Assembly (NCBI GenBank): GCA_965219575.1 | Contig: OZ244779.1 | Coordinates: 2,188,769 to 2,252,768, forward strand | DNA length: 64,000 bases | Source of the DNA: Candidatus Oxydemutatoraceae bacterium | Lineage (GTDB): Bacteria > Pseudomonadota > Gammaproteobacteria > Poriferisulfidales > Oxydemutatoraceae | Reading direction: 5' to 3' | Shown here: positions 23,301-31,105 of the stretch, piece after piece | Layout: each line of letters starts with the position of its first letter | Numbering within the stretch: the first letter of the stretch is position 1 | Notes under the pieces: generated by a model | The model's input: the letters and a program-made list of their open reading frames with translations, nothing else | What the model was told of the DNA's origin: nothing | Databases searched by the model: none | Position numbers and translations under genes: made by a program

Positions 23301-26300
23301 CTTCGTCTATACGAACTTCTATGGTTGCATTATCATCGGTCAACACAGCAGATACCGTTGTCGCATCTATATCGTTAGCAACGGTCACATCGTAGTTAAG
23401 CTGAGCACTTATAAACTCAAACGGAATGTCTCTTAACGACAAACTGCTCAATGTCGCATCTGCCCCCGGTAATGCCTCGCGTCTTACAGTTATCCTATAA
23501 GTTTCCATTGTCTCACCATCTTCGGCAGTCACTAAAATCTCAATTCTATTGCTACCTACTCCTAATGCAACTCTGCCATTTTCCACCAGTGAACCGTTAG
23601 CTGTAATGCTTGTGACACTTGCATTAGAATCACTTAACGTAGTTGTCACCGTTGTCGCATCTATATCGTTATCAACCATCACATTGTAGTTAAAGTCACC
23701 ACTGTCAAAGGTAAACGGAATGTCTCTTAACGATAAACTGCTCAATGTCGCAACAGTACCTACGCGGTCTAAAAATATGTTATAAGTCCTAAACTCTATT
23801 CCATTTGCTGCAATCACTCGGATTGAAATAACTTCAGGAAATGATGTCACTGCCACATCAGTTGACATACCACTTTCTATTTCCCTATTGAAATCATCAA
23901 AATCAACGCCTAATCTGATTGTTGCACCGTCCGCATCTTGCGCTGTTGCGACTATTGTCACCGTTGTTTGGTCTGAATCGCTTGCTATTACACCATTGTA
24001 ATTTGTGACTTCCGGATCAAAGCCTTGTATATCGGTGCCACTGAAACCCTGAAATAAGTTTATAGAGTTCCCGTTGATGTCCGATAGCATCAAGCTACTT
24101 AATGTAGTAATATCACTCAACTCCGGTGCTTCGGCTCGCGCAACGGCTACGGTATACCCTTGTGTCGTGACGCGATCCTCTGCGGTCACTATAATAGCAA
24201 TTGTGGTAGTCGTACCTGCACCCCCTAGCACCACATCGGTCGTCGGGCTGTTATTTACCGTTACAGTCGCACCTATATCGGTTGCCGTTGTCGCTACCGT
24301 CACTTGTGTCACATCGTTTGCCACAGCCGCTGTGTATGTTATGACATCTGAGTCAAATTCCCGGTTCAGGTCTATAGCAACACCGTCGCTTAGCGTCAGT
24401 GCCAATGCGTCCAGTGTTGCAACACTGCTCGGCAGAAATGCACGACTATCCGGGTCTATCTCTGTGTCGGTACCTATAAGGGTGTCACTACGGTTGAAGG
24501 GTGGGTTGAGGTTTGGGGAGCTGTCAACCAATGAGTCAGAGTTTCTGGATCTATACAAAGCAAAACTATCTGTTTCTGTAACTTGTTGATTACTCAATGT
24601 CACGGTATATGTCAGTGTGGTTTTCATGCCATCGCTACCTGGAATCGTAGATGCCTCAATAACTCCAACTCCGCTTATCAAAGTGGCAATGTCATTTTCA
24701 CCATCTTCTTCAATGCGATATAGTTGATACGAGTTCGTGCTGTTCAAAGTAGGTACATTCTCGCTGGCTTCAACTACAAAAACTACATCGTAGATACGCG
24801 GGTCGTCGGATTGAGGTGTCGCCATCGGGGCGGTAGCTATCGTGATTATCGGGTTGTCCATATCTACGCGTGATAAAAATATCTGATAATTATTTATGGT
24901 ACCACCCCGTTCAACTGTAATAATAAGAAGGACATCAGCAGGTCCCTCAGGTGTAAAAAATGTAATTGGCACATCAGTTGGGACACCACTTTGTATTCCT
25001 ATGGGATTAGCAGTGCCAGCTTGTATGCTAATTGTTAAACCGGCAGCATCTTCCACTGTTGCGGTTACTTGCACCGTCGTTTGTTCTAAATTGGTTACTA
25101 TTTGTGCATTATAGAAGTTTGTTGCCGGGTCAAATTGTACTTCTGCGTCAGAAAGATCTAACAAGTCTATAGAGTTCCCCTCAGTATCCGATAGCACCAA
25201 ATCACTTAGTACAATAGGCGGTACCTGTCGGGCAACAGCTACGGTATACGCTTGTGTCGTGTTGCCATCCTCGGCAGTTACTATAATGGCAATTGTAGTG
25301 GTCGTGCCGACAGCCCCCAGCATTACATTAGTCGTGGCACTCCTTGCCGCCGCACTGTTATTTATCATGACAGTCGCACCTATATCGGTTGCCGTTGTCG
25401 CCACCGTCACTTGCGCCATATCGTGTGCTACGATTGCCGTGTATGTTGTGACGGTTGGGTTAAATCTGCGATCAAGGTTTATAGCAGTTCCGTCACTTTG
25501 CGTTAGCTGCAAGCCGCGCAATGTTCTATCGTTGCTCAGTGGCGGTCGGACGGCAGGACTGCTTGAATCTATCTCTGCGTTGGCACCTATGGTATTGCCA
25601 TTATTGTCAACGGGCAGATTGCCGGAGTCATCCAGCAACGAAGTCGCTAGATTTCGGTGCAAACGGAAATTCGTCGTATCTCTCACATCCATGATATCCT
25701 GAAATAGCACGGTGTATGTGAGTGTCGTTTGACGGTTGTCACTCCTCTGCACAATGTCAGGCATGAGATTTGATATGGGCGTTGTGTCTCGGTATAGCAG
25801 ATAGGATCCTGGTTGGTCCAAACCTTCTACATTTTCATTTGCGGCTCGTACATCAAAAGTTACCTCATAGATAAGTGGGTTTTCGGAAGATCGGGCTGCC
25901 GTCGGGGTGCCGAATATTCTGATTATCGGGCTTACTCGATCTCTGGTTGCCGTCCGGTCGGCGGCGGCGGTGATGATTGTCGGCGGATTACCGTCCCTAT
26001 CTAATAAGGTGCCTGGTTCGAAATCCAATCTCCAGCCTGTTATGTTTCGCACATCATCGTATTGGTTTGAGCCAAAAGTGGCTTCGTAGGTGATTGTTGC
26101 ACTCATGTCATCATCGGAGTTGACTCGGAGGTCGAAAGTAACAGGTGAGACACCTGAACCTTGTTGAGTCACACTATAAGATGCATCATTTGCTATAGTC
26201 GGGACAGCTTCGGTAGAGGTAGTCTCAAATGTCACAATATATCGTAATCCCTGATTAGCCGGCATAACGGTTGCCGATTGCACGCCGATTTGCGCGCCCT

Positions 26301-28101
26301 CTGTATTTCTCAGTGCTCGTGCATCAGCACTTATGATGCCACCATCCGCTATTCGATTGCCCATGTCATCAATCGGCTGGTTAATTGCCGCGTCTTGAAG
26401 ACTTGTCGCACCATTACGAGCTACCGTGAAGTACTCTGCATTTGCATTACCACTGACCGGGACATTATAGCGAAGTATTACCTCTCTTCCCGCATCTACT
26501 TCAGTGATGGTCACACTCTCACCATCAGTGTTGCTAGCAACGCCGCCGATTACTCTCCGTAATTGATACGAGTTACCATTACCCAAAGTCGGCACATTCT
26601 CAGAGGCAGTTATCCTAAAGTAAATGACATAATTTGTACCGTCAGGAACAAGATTGCCCGACATCGCGTTGCCCCCACTATCCACCCATTGTGCCGTAAT
26701 CGTCGGGCTCTGTGCGTCTTGTATCGGCACTCCGCCTCTCAGTGCAACTTGATCTTCTTCCACCGGTCTTTGATCTTCGCCGCGCACGCCGTTAAGCCTA
26801 AACGACATGGTCAGTGTCGTGTTCTCCATGACTCTTTCTGCAACAACAACCGTAACCGTAGTTGGCTCGGTGTCTGCATGGTCTACCGATAGAATTTGGG
26901 CAGTGTTTGCTTCAAAATCACTTAACTCATTCCCCGTCAGACAAGTTGCATAAGCATCTTCATTACTCAAGCAGATATTGCCCTCTATGGTAGTGGGATC
27001 GAGAGGTTTATCAAATGTTATAGTCCATCGCGATTCACGACTGGAATTATCACGAGAATCCCGTACTATTCGGGTTGCTTGCGGAGCATCTGCATCATAA
27101 TATAGCGTTGCAATGAAATTGCCTGCGGCTAGTGCCATGCTGTTGCTCATAATAGATGCGGCAGAATCCGAGAATCTCAATTCAGAACCGAAAGGAGGCA
27201 CTATATCAAACTCAATAACAGCGTTCTGCTCACCGGCATTGTGAGAGACACTCGTGATTGTGACAGTATCGGTACTAATCGCAAAATCGCCGGCCTGTAA
27301 TGCCGTATTTACCGCCTGAGAAAATTGGATGTTTATCCCTCTGCCGTTGCTGAACAATGCATACCTTTGAGCGTAGGTTCTGCCATCCGATCTAAAGCCG
27401 AGTAGGTCATTGCCGGCTAGCGGGAATATGTTGCGCCTATCGGATATTGTAGTGCTCATTTCATTTGTATCGTTATAGACATATACCATATTTGATAAGA
27501 TATCGGTGCCACTGATTGCAATACCGGCATCCTCATCGGTTTCCTGAATAGCACAGCTTAACCTAACAAAAATTGCATTATTAAGCCCATCAATAGACAC
27601 TAGTCGGTTCGCCGCTATAGTCGTGGTTGTGATATGTGCGGTGATAGTGAAGCTGTTGTCGGTTGTATCTCTCAGTCTATATTTATAATCCATAAGTCCG
27701 TTGAATGGAGAAGCCTCCGGAGTAGAATCTTGATGACATCGACCGCTTTCTATAACTTTTTCTCCGAATGCATCGGTATTGTATGTCAATCTAGCCGACG
27801 CAAATGCCAATCTGGTTGCAACTTTATTTGTGTTGCCTCCGATTATATTCATTTGAATGTTATAAGTGGCAGTGTTGTTAACGCCCTCGCTTTCTAGTGC
27901 CACCATACCAAGCCTATATTCCAATATGCCATCCTCGCTCGGTCGGCAACTTTCACATTGCCCGGCTATCAAATTACCAACCGAAGGCATGCCGAAAAAT
28001 CGGCTTTGGACGAAGGAGGTTTGAGCAAAGGCACTCCCGACCAATAGCAGTAGTAGTATCGTGAAAATATTTCTCATTGAATTTCCCTGTTTTGTAATCA
28101 T
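14305..28101 (-). CDS. Giant secreted acidic adhesin-like protein with about 36 cadherin-like beta-sandwich repeats, a putative N-terminal cohesin-like domain and a C-terminal KVFLEGP peptide
   Basis: 4598-aa uninterrupted ORF. Signal peptide MRNIFTILLLLLVGSAFA-Q (likely start 28077). Repeats with ATLSSLSL...F....NY...VTAEDG...TY.I.V.R match the cadherin-like beta-sandwich pattern. Confidence 0.9.
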   Translation of the reverse strand: MITKQGNSMRNIFTILLLLLVGSAFAQTSFVQSRFFGMPSVGNLIAGQCESCRPSEDGILEYRLGMVALESEGVNNTATYNIQMNIIGGNTNKVATRLAFASARLTYNTDAFGEKVIESGRCHQDSTPEASPFNGLMDYKYRLRDTTDNSFTITAHITTTTIAANRLVSIDGLNNAIFVRLSCAIQETDEDAGIAISGTDILSNMVYVYNDTNEMSTTISDRRNIFPLAGNDLLGFRSDGRTYAQRYALFSNGRGINIQFSQAVNTALQAGDFAISTDTVTITSVSHNAGEQNAVIEFDIVPPFGSELRFSDSAASIMSNSMALAAGNFIATLYYDADAPQATRIVRDSRDNSSRESRWTITFDKPLDPTTIEGNICLSNEDAYATCLTGNELSDFEANTAQILSVDHADTEPTTVTVVVAERVMENTTLTMSFRLNGVRGEDQRPVEEDQVALRGGVPIQDAQSPTITAQWVDSGGNAMSGNLVPDGTNYVIYFRITASENVPTLGNGNSYQLRRVIGGVASNTDGESVTITEVDAGREVILRYNVPVSGNANAEYFTVARNGATSLQDAAINQPIDDMGNRIADGGIISADARALRNTEGAQIGVQSATVMPANQGLRYIVTFETTSTEAVPTIANDASYSVTQQGSGVSPVTFDLRVNSDDDMSATITYEATFGSNQYDDVRNITGWRLDFEPGTLLDRDGNPPTIITAAADRTATRDRVSPIIRIFGTPTAARSSENPLIYEVTFDVRAANENVEGLDQPGSYLLYRDTTPISNLMPDIVQRSDNRQTTLTYTVLFQDIMDVRDTTNFRLHRNLATSLLDDSGNLPVDNNGNTIGANAEIDSSSPAVRPPLSNDRTLRGLQLTQSDGTAINLDRRFNPTVTTYTAIVAHDMAQVTVATTATDIGATVMINNSAAARSATTNVMLGAVGTTTTIAIIVTAEDGNTTQAYTVAVARQVPPIVLSDLVLSDTEGNSIDLLDLSDAEVQFDPATNFYNAQIVTNLEQTTVQVTATVEDAAGLTISIQAGTANPIGIQSGVPTDVPITFFTPEGPADVLLIITVERGGTINNYQIFLSRVDMDNPIITIATAPMATPQSDDPRIYDVVFVVEASENVPTLNSTNSYQLYRIEEDGENDIATLISGVGVIEASTIPGSDGMKTTLTYTVTLSNQQVTETDSFALYRSRNSDSLVDSSPNLNPPFNRSDTLIGTDTEIDPDSRAFLPSSVATLDALALTLSDGVAIDLNREFDSDVITYTAAVANDVTQVTVATTATDIGATVTVNNSPTTDVVLGGAGTTTTIAIIVTAEDRVTTQGYTVAVARAEAPELSDITTLSSLMLSDINGNSINLFQGFSGTDIQGFDPEVTNYNGVIASDSDQTTVTIVATAQDADGATIRLGVDFDDFNREIESGMSTDVAVTSFPEVISIRVIAANGIEFRTYNIFLDRVGTVATLSSLSLRDIPFTFDSGDFNYNVMVDNDIDATTVTTTLSDSNASVTSITANGSLVENGRVALGVGSNRIEILVTAEDGETMETYRITVRREALPGADATLSSLSLRDIPFEFISAQLNYDVTVANDIDATTVSAVLTDDNATIEVRIDEGDLVDSLDADIGLPVGDTEIAVKVIAANNIASQTYVIAITREANDVATLDSLSLRDIPLAFDSSDFNYDVTVANDIDATTVSAVLTDSDATIEVRVDEGDLVENLDADIGLPVGDTEIAVKVIAEDGIASQTYVIAITREASDVATLNSLSLRDIPLAFDSGDFNYDVTVANDIDATTVSAVLTDSDATIEVRVDEGDLVENLDADIGLPVGDTEIAVKVIAEDGIASQTYNIAITREANDVATLSSLSLRDIPLAFDSGDFNYDVTVANDIDATTVSAVLTDSDATIEVRVDEGDLVENLDADIGLPVGDTEIAVKVIAEDGIASQTYVIAITREASDVATLNSLSLRDIPLAFDSGDFNYDVTVANDIDATTVSAVLTDSDATIEVRVDEGDLVENLDADIELPVGDTEIAVKVIAEDGIASQTYVIAITREASDVATLNSLSLRDIPLAFDSGDFNYDVTVANDIDATTVSAVLTDSDATIEVRVDEGDLVENLDADIELPVGDTEIAVKVIAEDGIASQTYVIAITREGNDVATLSSLSLRDIPLAFDSNDFDYNVMVDNDIDATTVTTMLSDPNASVTSITANGSPVENGRVALGVGSNRIEILVTAEDGETMETYRITVRREALPGADATLSSLSLRDIPFEFISAQLNYDVTVANDIDATTVSAVLTDDNATIEVRVDEGDLVDSLDADIGLPVGDTEIAVKVIAANNIASQTYVIAITREANDVATLDSLSLRDIPLAFDSGDFNYDVTVANDIDATTVSAVLTDDNATIEVRVDEGDLVENLDADIGLPVGDTEIAVKVIAEDGIASQTYNIAITREANDVATLSSLSLRDIPLAFDSGDFNYDVTVANDIDATTVSAVLTDSDATIEVRVDEGDLVENLDADIGLPVGDTEIAVKVIAEDGIASQTYVIAITREASDVATLNSLSLRDIPLAFDSGDFNYDVTVANDIDATTVSAVLTDSDATIEVRVDEGDLVENLDADIGLPVGDTEIAVKVIAEDGIASQTYVIAITREASDVATLNSLSLRDIPLAFDSGDFNYDVTVANDIDATTVSAVLTDSDATIEVRVDEGDLVENLDADIELPVGDTEIAVKVIAEDGIASQTYVIAITREASDVATLSSLSLRDIPLAFDSGDFNYDVTVANDIDATTVSAVLTDSDATIEVRVDEGDLVENLDADIELPVGDTEIAVKVIAENGIASQTYVIAITREGNDVATLSSLSLRDIPLAFDSNDFDYNVMVDNDIDATTVTTMLSDPNASVTSITANGSPVENGRVALGVGSNRIEILVTAEDGETMETYRITVRREALPGADATLSSLSLRDIPFEFISAQLNYDVTVANDIDATTVSAVLTDDNATIEVRVDEGDLVDSLDADIGLPVGDTEIAVKVIAANNIASQTYVIAITREASDVATLDSLSLRDIPLAFDSGDFNYDVTVANDIDATTVSAVLTDSDATIEVRVDEGDLVENLDADIGLPVGDTEIAVKVIAEDGIASQTYNIAITREANDVATLSSLSLRDIPLAFDSGDFNYDVTVANDIDATTVSAVLTDSDATIEVRVDEGDLVENLDADIGLPVGDTEIAVKVIAEDGIASQTYVIAITREASDVATLNSLSLRDIPLAFDSGDFNYDVTVANDIDATTVSAVLTDSDATIEVRVDEGDLVENLDADIELPVGDTEIAVKVTAEDGIASQTYVIAITREASDVATLNSLSLRDIPLAFDSGDFNYDVTVANDIDATTVSAVLTDSDATIEVRVDEGDLVENLDADIELPVGDTEIAVKVIAENGIASQTYVIAITREASDVATLSSLSLRDIPLAFDSGDFNYDVTVANDIDATTVSAVLTDSDATIEVRVDEGDLVENLDADIELPVGDTEIAVKVIAEDGIASQTYVIAITREGNDVATLSSLSLRDIPLAFDSNDFDYNVMVDNDIDATTVTTMLSDPNASVTSITANGSPVENGRVALGVGSNRIEILVTAEDGETMETYRITVRREALPGADATLSSLSLRDIPFEFISAQLNYDVTVANDIDATTVSAVLTDDNATIEVRVDEGDLVENLDADIGLPVGDTEIAVKVIAEDGIASQTYVIAITREASDVATLSSLSLRDIPLAFDSGDFNYDVTVANDIDATTVSAVLTDDEATIEVRVDEGDLVENLDADIELPVGDTEIAVKVIAANGIASQTYVIAITREASDVATLNSLSLRDIPLAFDSGDFNYDVTVANDIDATTVSAVLTDSDATIEVRVDEGDLVENLDADIGLPVGDTEIAVKVIAEDGIASQTYVIAITREANDVATLNSLSLRDIPLAFDSGDFNYDVTVANDIDATTVSAVLTDSDATIEVRVDEGDLVENLDADIELPVGDTEIAVKVIAEDGIASQTYVIAITREASDVATLSSLSLRDIPLAFDSGDFNYDVTVANDIDATTVSAVLTDSDATIEVRVDEGDLVENLDADIELPVGDTEIAVKVIAEDGIASQTYVIAITREGNDVATLSSLSLRDIPLAFDSNDFDYNVMVDNDIDATTVTTMLSDPNASVTSITANASPVENGRVALGVGSNRIEILVTAEDGETMETYRITVRREALPGADATLSSLSLRDIPFEFISAQLNYDVTVANDIDATTVSAVLTDDNATIEVRIDEGDLVDSLDADIGLPVGDTEIAVKVIAANNIASQTYVIAITREANDVATLDSLSLRDIPLAFDSSDFNYDVTVANDIDATTVSAVLTDSDATIEVRVDEGDLVENLDADIGLPVGDTEIAVKVIAEDGIASQTYVIAITREASDVATLNSLSLRDIPLAFDSGDFNYDVTVANDIDATTVSAVLTDSDATIEVRVDEGDLVENLDDDIGLRVGDTEIAVKVIAENGIASQTYVIAITREGNNIATLSSLSLRDIPFAFDSGTFNYNVMVDNDIDATTVSAVLSDSNATIEVRVDEGEANLDDDIPLAEGETTTITIVVTAENGDDSETYTIAVERGSAGIRLRIKVFLEGPLQ
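14370..23755 (-). repeat. Tandem array of 32 x 294-bp (98-aa) units with higher-order periodicity
   Basis: The SLRDI-coding motif recurs every 294 bp from 14606 to 23720. The variant unit (SITANG..ENGRVALGVG) occurs near 23504, 21446, 19388, 17330 and 15566. Confidence 0.97.
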
Positions 28102-28106
28102 TGTTC

Positions 28107-28997
28107 CTAAGGTATTTGCGTTGTTCGGCCCAAGTTTTCACTCAGTCGAGACGATTCAAAGTCACCATCTCCTACTGTGCCGTCAAAATTAATATCCGAG
28201 CGCAACGACGGCGGACTGCCCGAAGATATATCATTATGTATCTGTAGATAATCGGCAGCATTGATATTCTCGTCACGATTCACATCACCCACATACATCG
28301 CTGCCTCTTCGTCCACGCCCTTCAAACCAAGAGACCCCCCTCTGGCTTGCGTTACTCCAGTGGTGAAATCGTATGTATATCGTGTCGCACCATTAGTGAT
28401 TGTTCTTGTCATGCTTGTATTAGAAATAACGTCCAGATGATTTATATGACGCACGACCACATATAAATCTTTACCCGACACTTCGGTATCATCGGCAAAA
28501 TTGAACTGTACGAGAGGGCAATTATCATTATCGTTTTCATTAAATTGTTGGGGGCATGTTCCCGTGTATCGGCTAGCGTCTACAACATAACCGTTTTGTA
28601 ATAGCCAAGCAGGCTGGCGGTCGATTACCGTATCCGTTGTTGCGGCTTCTACGCCGGCACCTTCTGGTACGGCACGCAACTCAATCAATACCCAATCGGA
28701 AACGCCGGCGGGTATAGTGCTATTGCTAACGGTGCAGTCTTCATCGATACCGAATGCTTCATCAAGATAGCCACCATCGCTACAGTAAGGATCGGTGGAC
28801 TGAATATTAGTACTATTATTTTTTAACGGCGGGGTTTGTGCAATACTAGTACCGATTACCGATATTGACAGTAATAATACAAGCAAAATATTTATTAAGG
28901 CTTCTTTAAGTTCCATATTTTGTTTCCCTTTATATTTATCATATACCAAAGGTAAATAACTTATAGCATAATTCCTTGGTTTATTCTTTGGTTTCAT
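28107..28997 (-). CDS. Secreted adaptor-like protein with a C-terminal dockerin-like double Ca-loop (adaptor 1)
   Basis: Likely start 28916 (MELKEALINILLVLLLSISVIGTSIA-Q signal peptide). DWVLIELR, PAWLLQNG, LYVVVRHINHL, YTYDFT, GDVNRDENINAADY, SDINFDGTVGDGD; ends TQIP. Confidence 0.8.
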   Translation of the reverse strand: MKPKNKPRNYAISYLPLVYDKYKGKQNMELKEALINILLVLLLSISVIGTSIAQTPPLKNNSTNIQSTDPYCSDGGYLDEAFGIDEDCTVSNSTIPAGVSDWVLIELRAVPEGAGVEAATTDTVIDRQPAWLLQNGYVVDASRYTGTCPQQFNENDNDNCPLVQFNFADDTEVSGKDLYVVVRHINHLDVISNTSMTRTITNGATRYTYDFTTGVTQARGGSLGLKGVDEEAAMYVGDVNRDENINAADYLQIHNDISSGSPPSLRSDINFDGTVGDGDFESSRLSENLGRTTQIP

Positions 28998-29206
28998 TTA
29001 TTATTTCATAGTTTTTTCATTATAAACTTAAGATGTTTGTTTCCGAACCACATGAATTATATGCGATTCTCCATATCCAGTCAATACACCGGACAAACCT
29101 ATAATATCATTATATCCGTCCTATATCTCATTGGATAGCTTGATTTCGAAAGCACAAACTCAATCTATGCCTAGTCTTTACATCGCACAACTCTCCCAAG
29201 TCTAAT

Positions 29207-29824
29207 TTATAAAGACTTCTTGATGAGTTCCATAAACTCGGTTCGGGTACGCTGATCTTCTCTAAAAGAACCGAGCATTGCACTGGTCACCGTCTTACTG
29301 TTTTGCTTTTGCACGCCGCGCATCACCATGCAATAGTGAACCGCTTCCACCACGACACCGACACCGGTGGCATTTAGATATTTCATCAAGCTAGCGGCGA
29401 TTTGATTCGTCATGCGCTCCTGCACTTGCAACCGACGCGCAAAAATATCAACGACCCTTGCCATCTTGCTGAGACCAATCACTTGACCGTTGGGCAGATA
29501 ACCGATATGCGCTTTACCGGTGATCGGCAATAAGTGATGTTCGCATAAAGAGTAAAACTCGATGTCTTTGACGATTACCATCTCGCTACACTCCACTTGA
29601 AATAATGCGCTATCTATCGTTGATCGTATATCTTCGTCATAGCCGCCGACTAAAAATCTTAATGAGTCGGCAACACGCTGCGGGGTTTTGACTAAGCCCT
29701 CGCGTTCAACATCCTCACCCAGTTCGGATAATAACTTTCCGATCAATCCGGTGATACGATCGTTGCCACCCTTCAATTTTTCGTTAGATATAGGGTGAAG
29801 ATGTTTTTTAGGCTCATTTTTCAT
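29207..29824 (-). CDS. folE: GTP cyclohydrolase I
   Basis: [33 protein letters not shown]. Confidence 0.98.
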   Translation of the reverse strand: MKNEPKKHLHPISNEKLKGGNDRITGLIGKLLSELGEDVEREGLVKTPQRVADSLRFLVGGYDEDIRSTIDSALFQVECSEMVIVKDIEFYSLCEHHLLPITGKAHIGYLPNGQVIGLSKMARVVDIFARRLQVQERMTNQIAASLMKYLNATGVGVVVEAVHYCMVMRGVQKQNSKTVTSAMLGSFREDQRTRTEFMELIKKSL

Positions 29825-29884
29825 AATTGCTTTCCTGATAATTAATATGTACTCAAATGCGCAGACAAGTTCTTCGATACTTAC

Positions 29885-30634
29885 TTACTCGGACTCCGAA
29901 AGAAGTTCTCTATAGAGTGTATCGGAGTCTCCTTCTCCTTCGTTATTTTCAATCAAATTCTGCCGGCGTTTCAGATAAAAATCTCTGAGCGCAACATAGT
30001 AGTCGGGAGACATGCCTCTGACAATATCTTCCAGAGGTATAAAGCCGGCACGGGTATTGATGCCCTCGGTTATCAGCAAGCCATCACGCCAGTCATCGTC
30101 TCCTACATAAACCAACGGGTTCATAAAAATATCCACGAAACGAGACGGAAGATCGCGAGCGGTACTAGGACCCAAAATCGGAATCACTACATAAGGCCCG
30201 GATCCTACGCCCCATACAGCCAACGTTTGCCCGAAATCCTCGTTGTGCTTTTCAAGCCCGTCTACCTTAGACGCAACATCGAATAAACCGGCGAGTCCAA
30301 CCGTGGAATTTATTAGTACTCGTAACAAATCACCACCGCCCGCACCGACATTGCCTTGCAAAAAATTATTTGCGGCAATCGGAATGTCCTGAATGTTTGC
30401 AAAAAAACTGGTTATGCGGGCACGCACAAAAGAGGGGAGCACTTTAGTATAAGCGGTACTAACAGGCTTAAACACAGCCTTGTCCACGCTTTCGTTGAAC
30501 GCAAAAACCGAACGGTTATAACCTTCCCATGGGTCGGCGGTCTCCGATGCGTCACTAAGACTATTCGATTGTGCCGCACAACCGCTCAACAGAACGACAA
30601 GGCATAAATACAGAAAGTGTTTTGTTTTACTCAT
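29885..30634 (-). CDS. mlaA: MlaA/VacJ lipoprotein
   Basis: Lipobox LSGC; DPWEGYNR, NSTVGLAGLFDVA, EDFGQTL, GPSTARD. Confidence 0.95.
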   Translation of the reverse strand: MSKTKHFLYLCLVVLLSGCAAQSNSLSDASETADPWEGYNRSVFAFNESVDKAVFKPVSTAYTKVLPSFVRARITSFFANIQDIPIAANNFLQGNVGAGGGDLLRVLINSTVGLAGLFDVASKVDGLEKHNEDFGQTLAVWGVGSGPYVVIPILGPSTARDLPSRFVDIFMNPLVYVGDDDWRDGLLITEGINTRAGFIPLEDIVRGMSPDYYVALRDFYLKRRQNLIENNEGEGDSDTLYRELLSESE

Positions 30635-30758
30635 TACGGTATCGCTAGAAGGGTTATATATTAAATGCTATGTTGCTAATGTCAAGCTATAGTTTTACAT
30701 GTGGGACTGTTGAAACTAAAACTGCCACTCGTGACGTGACCTTGTGCAGACACACTGT

Positions 30759-31088
30759 GGCTGTTGAAAAAGTATCGTCAGCGTGCAACCGTAACCGTTT
30801 GCACCATGAATTTATAATAACCATCAAGCCGTAGGGGCAGTATAAAGCCGCCGATTGAACCGGTAGATCAATCGGCAACTTTGATGTCTGCCCTTAAGTA
30901 CCGTTCTGCACGGCTGGAACCGCTTGCGCCGTATGGTTTTGGTTTCCATAAATCGGGTGGATGAATGTATAAATCGTGCCGACCAACGCGCTACGGGCGG
31001 ACATGCTAGTCCGCCCCTACAGGTGGTTTGTAAATATTCACGGCGCAAGCGGTTGCAGTTTTGCAAAAACAGTATTTTTTCAACAGCC
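30759..31088. mobile_element. MITE-like element (family A) with GGCTGTTGAAAAA terminal inverted repeats
   Basis: ggctgttgaaaaagta...tattttttcaacagcc; internal palindromes are shared with other copies. Confidence 0.8.
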
Positions 31089-31105
31089 CCACACCACGAC
31101 CGCCC

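Noticed and set aside
14582-23395. About 25 near-identical 67-95-aa plus-strand ORFs (MSLNDKL...)
   Set aside because: They are antisense shadows of the 294-bp coding repeats of the giant gene.
14370-23755. CRISPR-like or non-coding array
   Set aside because: The units are 294 bp, in frame and have no unique spacers; no cas genes are present.
14305-28997. Giant and adaptor as one gene broken by a frameshift or stop
   Set aside because: The adaptor lies upstream of the giant's start, while the matching strand is at the giant's far C-terminus. Each gene has its own signal peptide.
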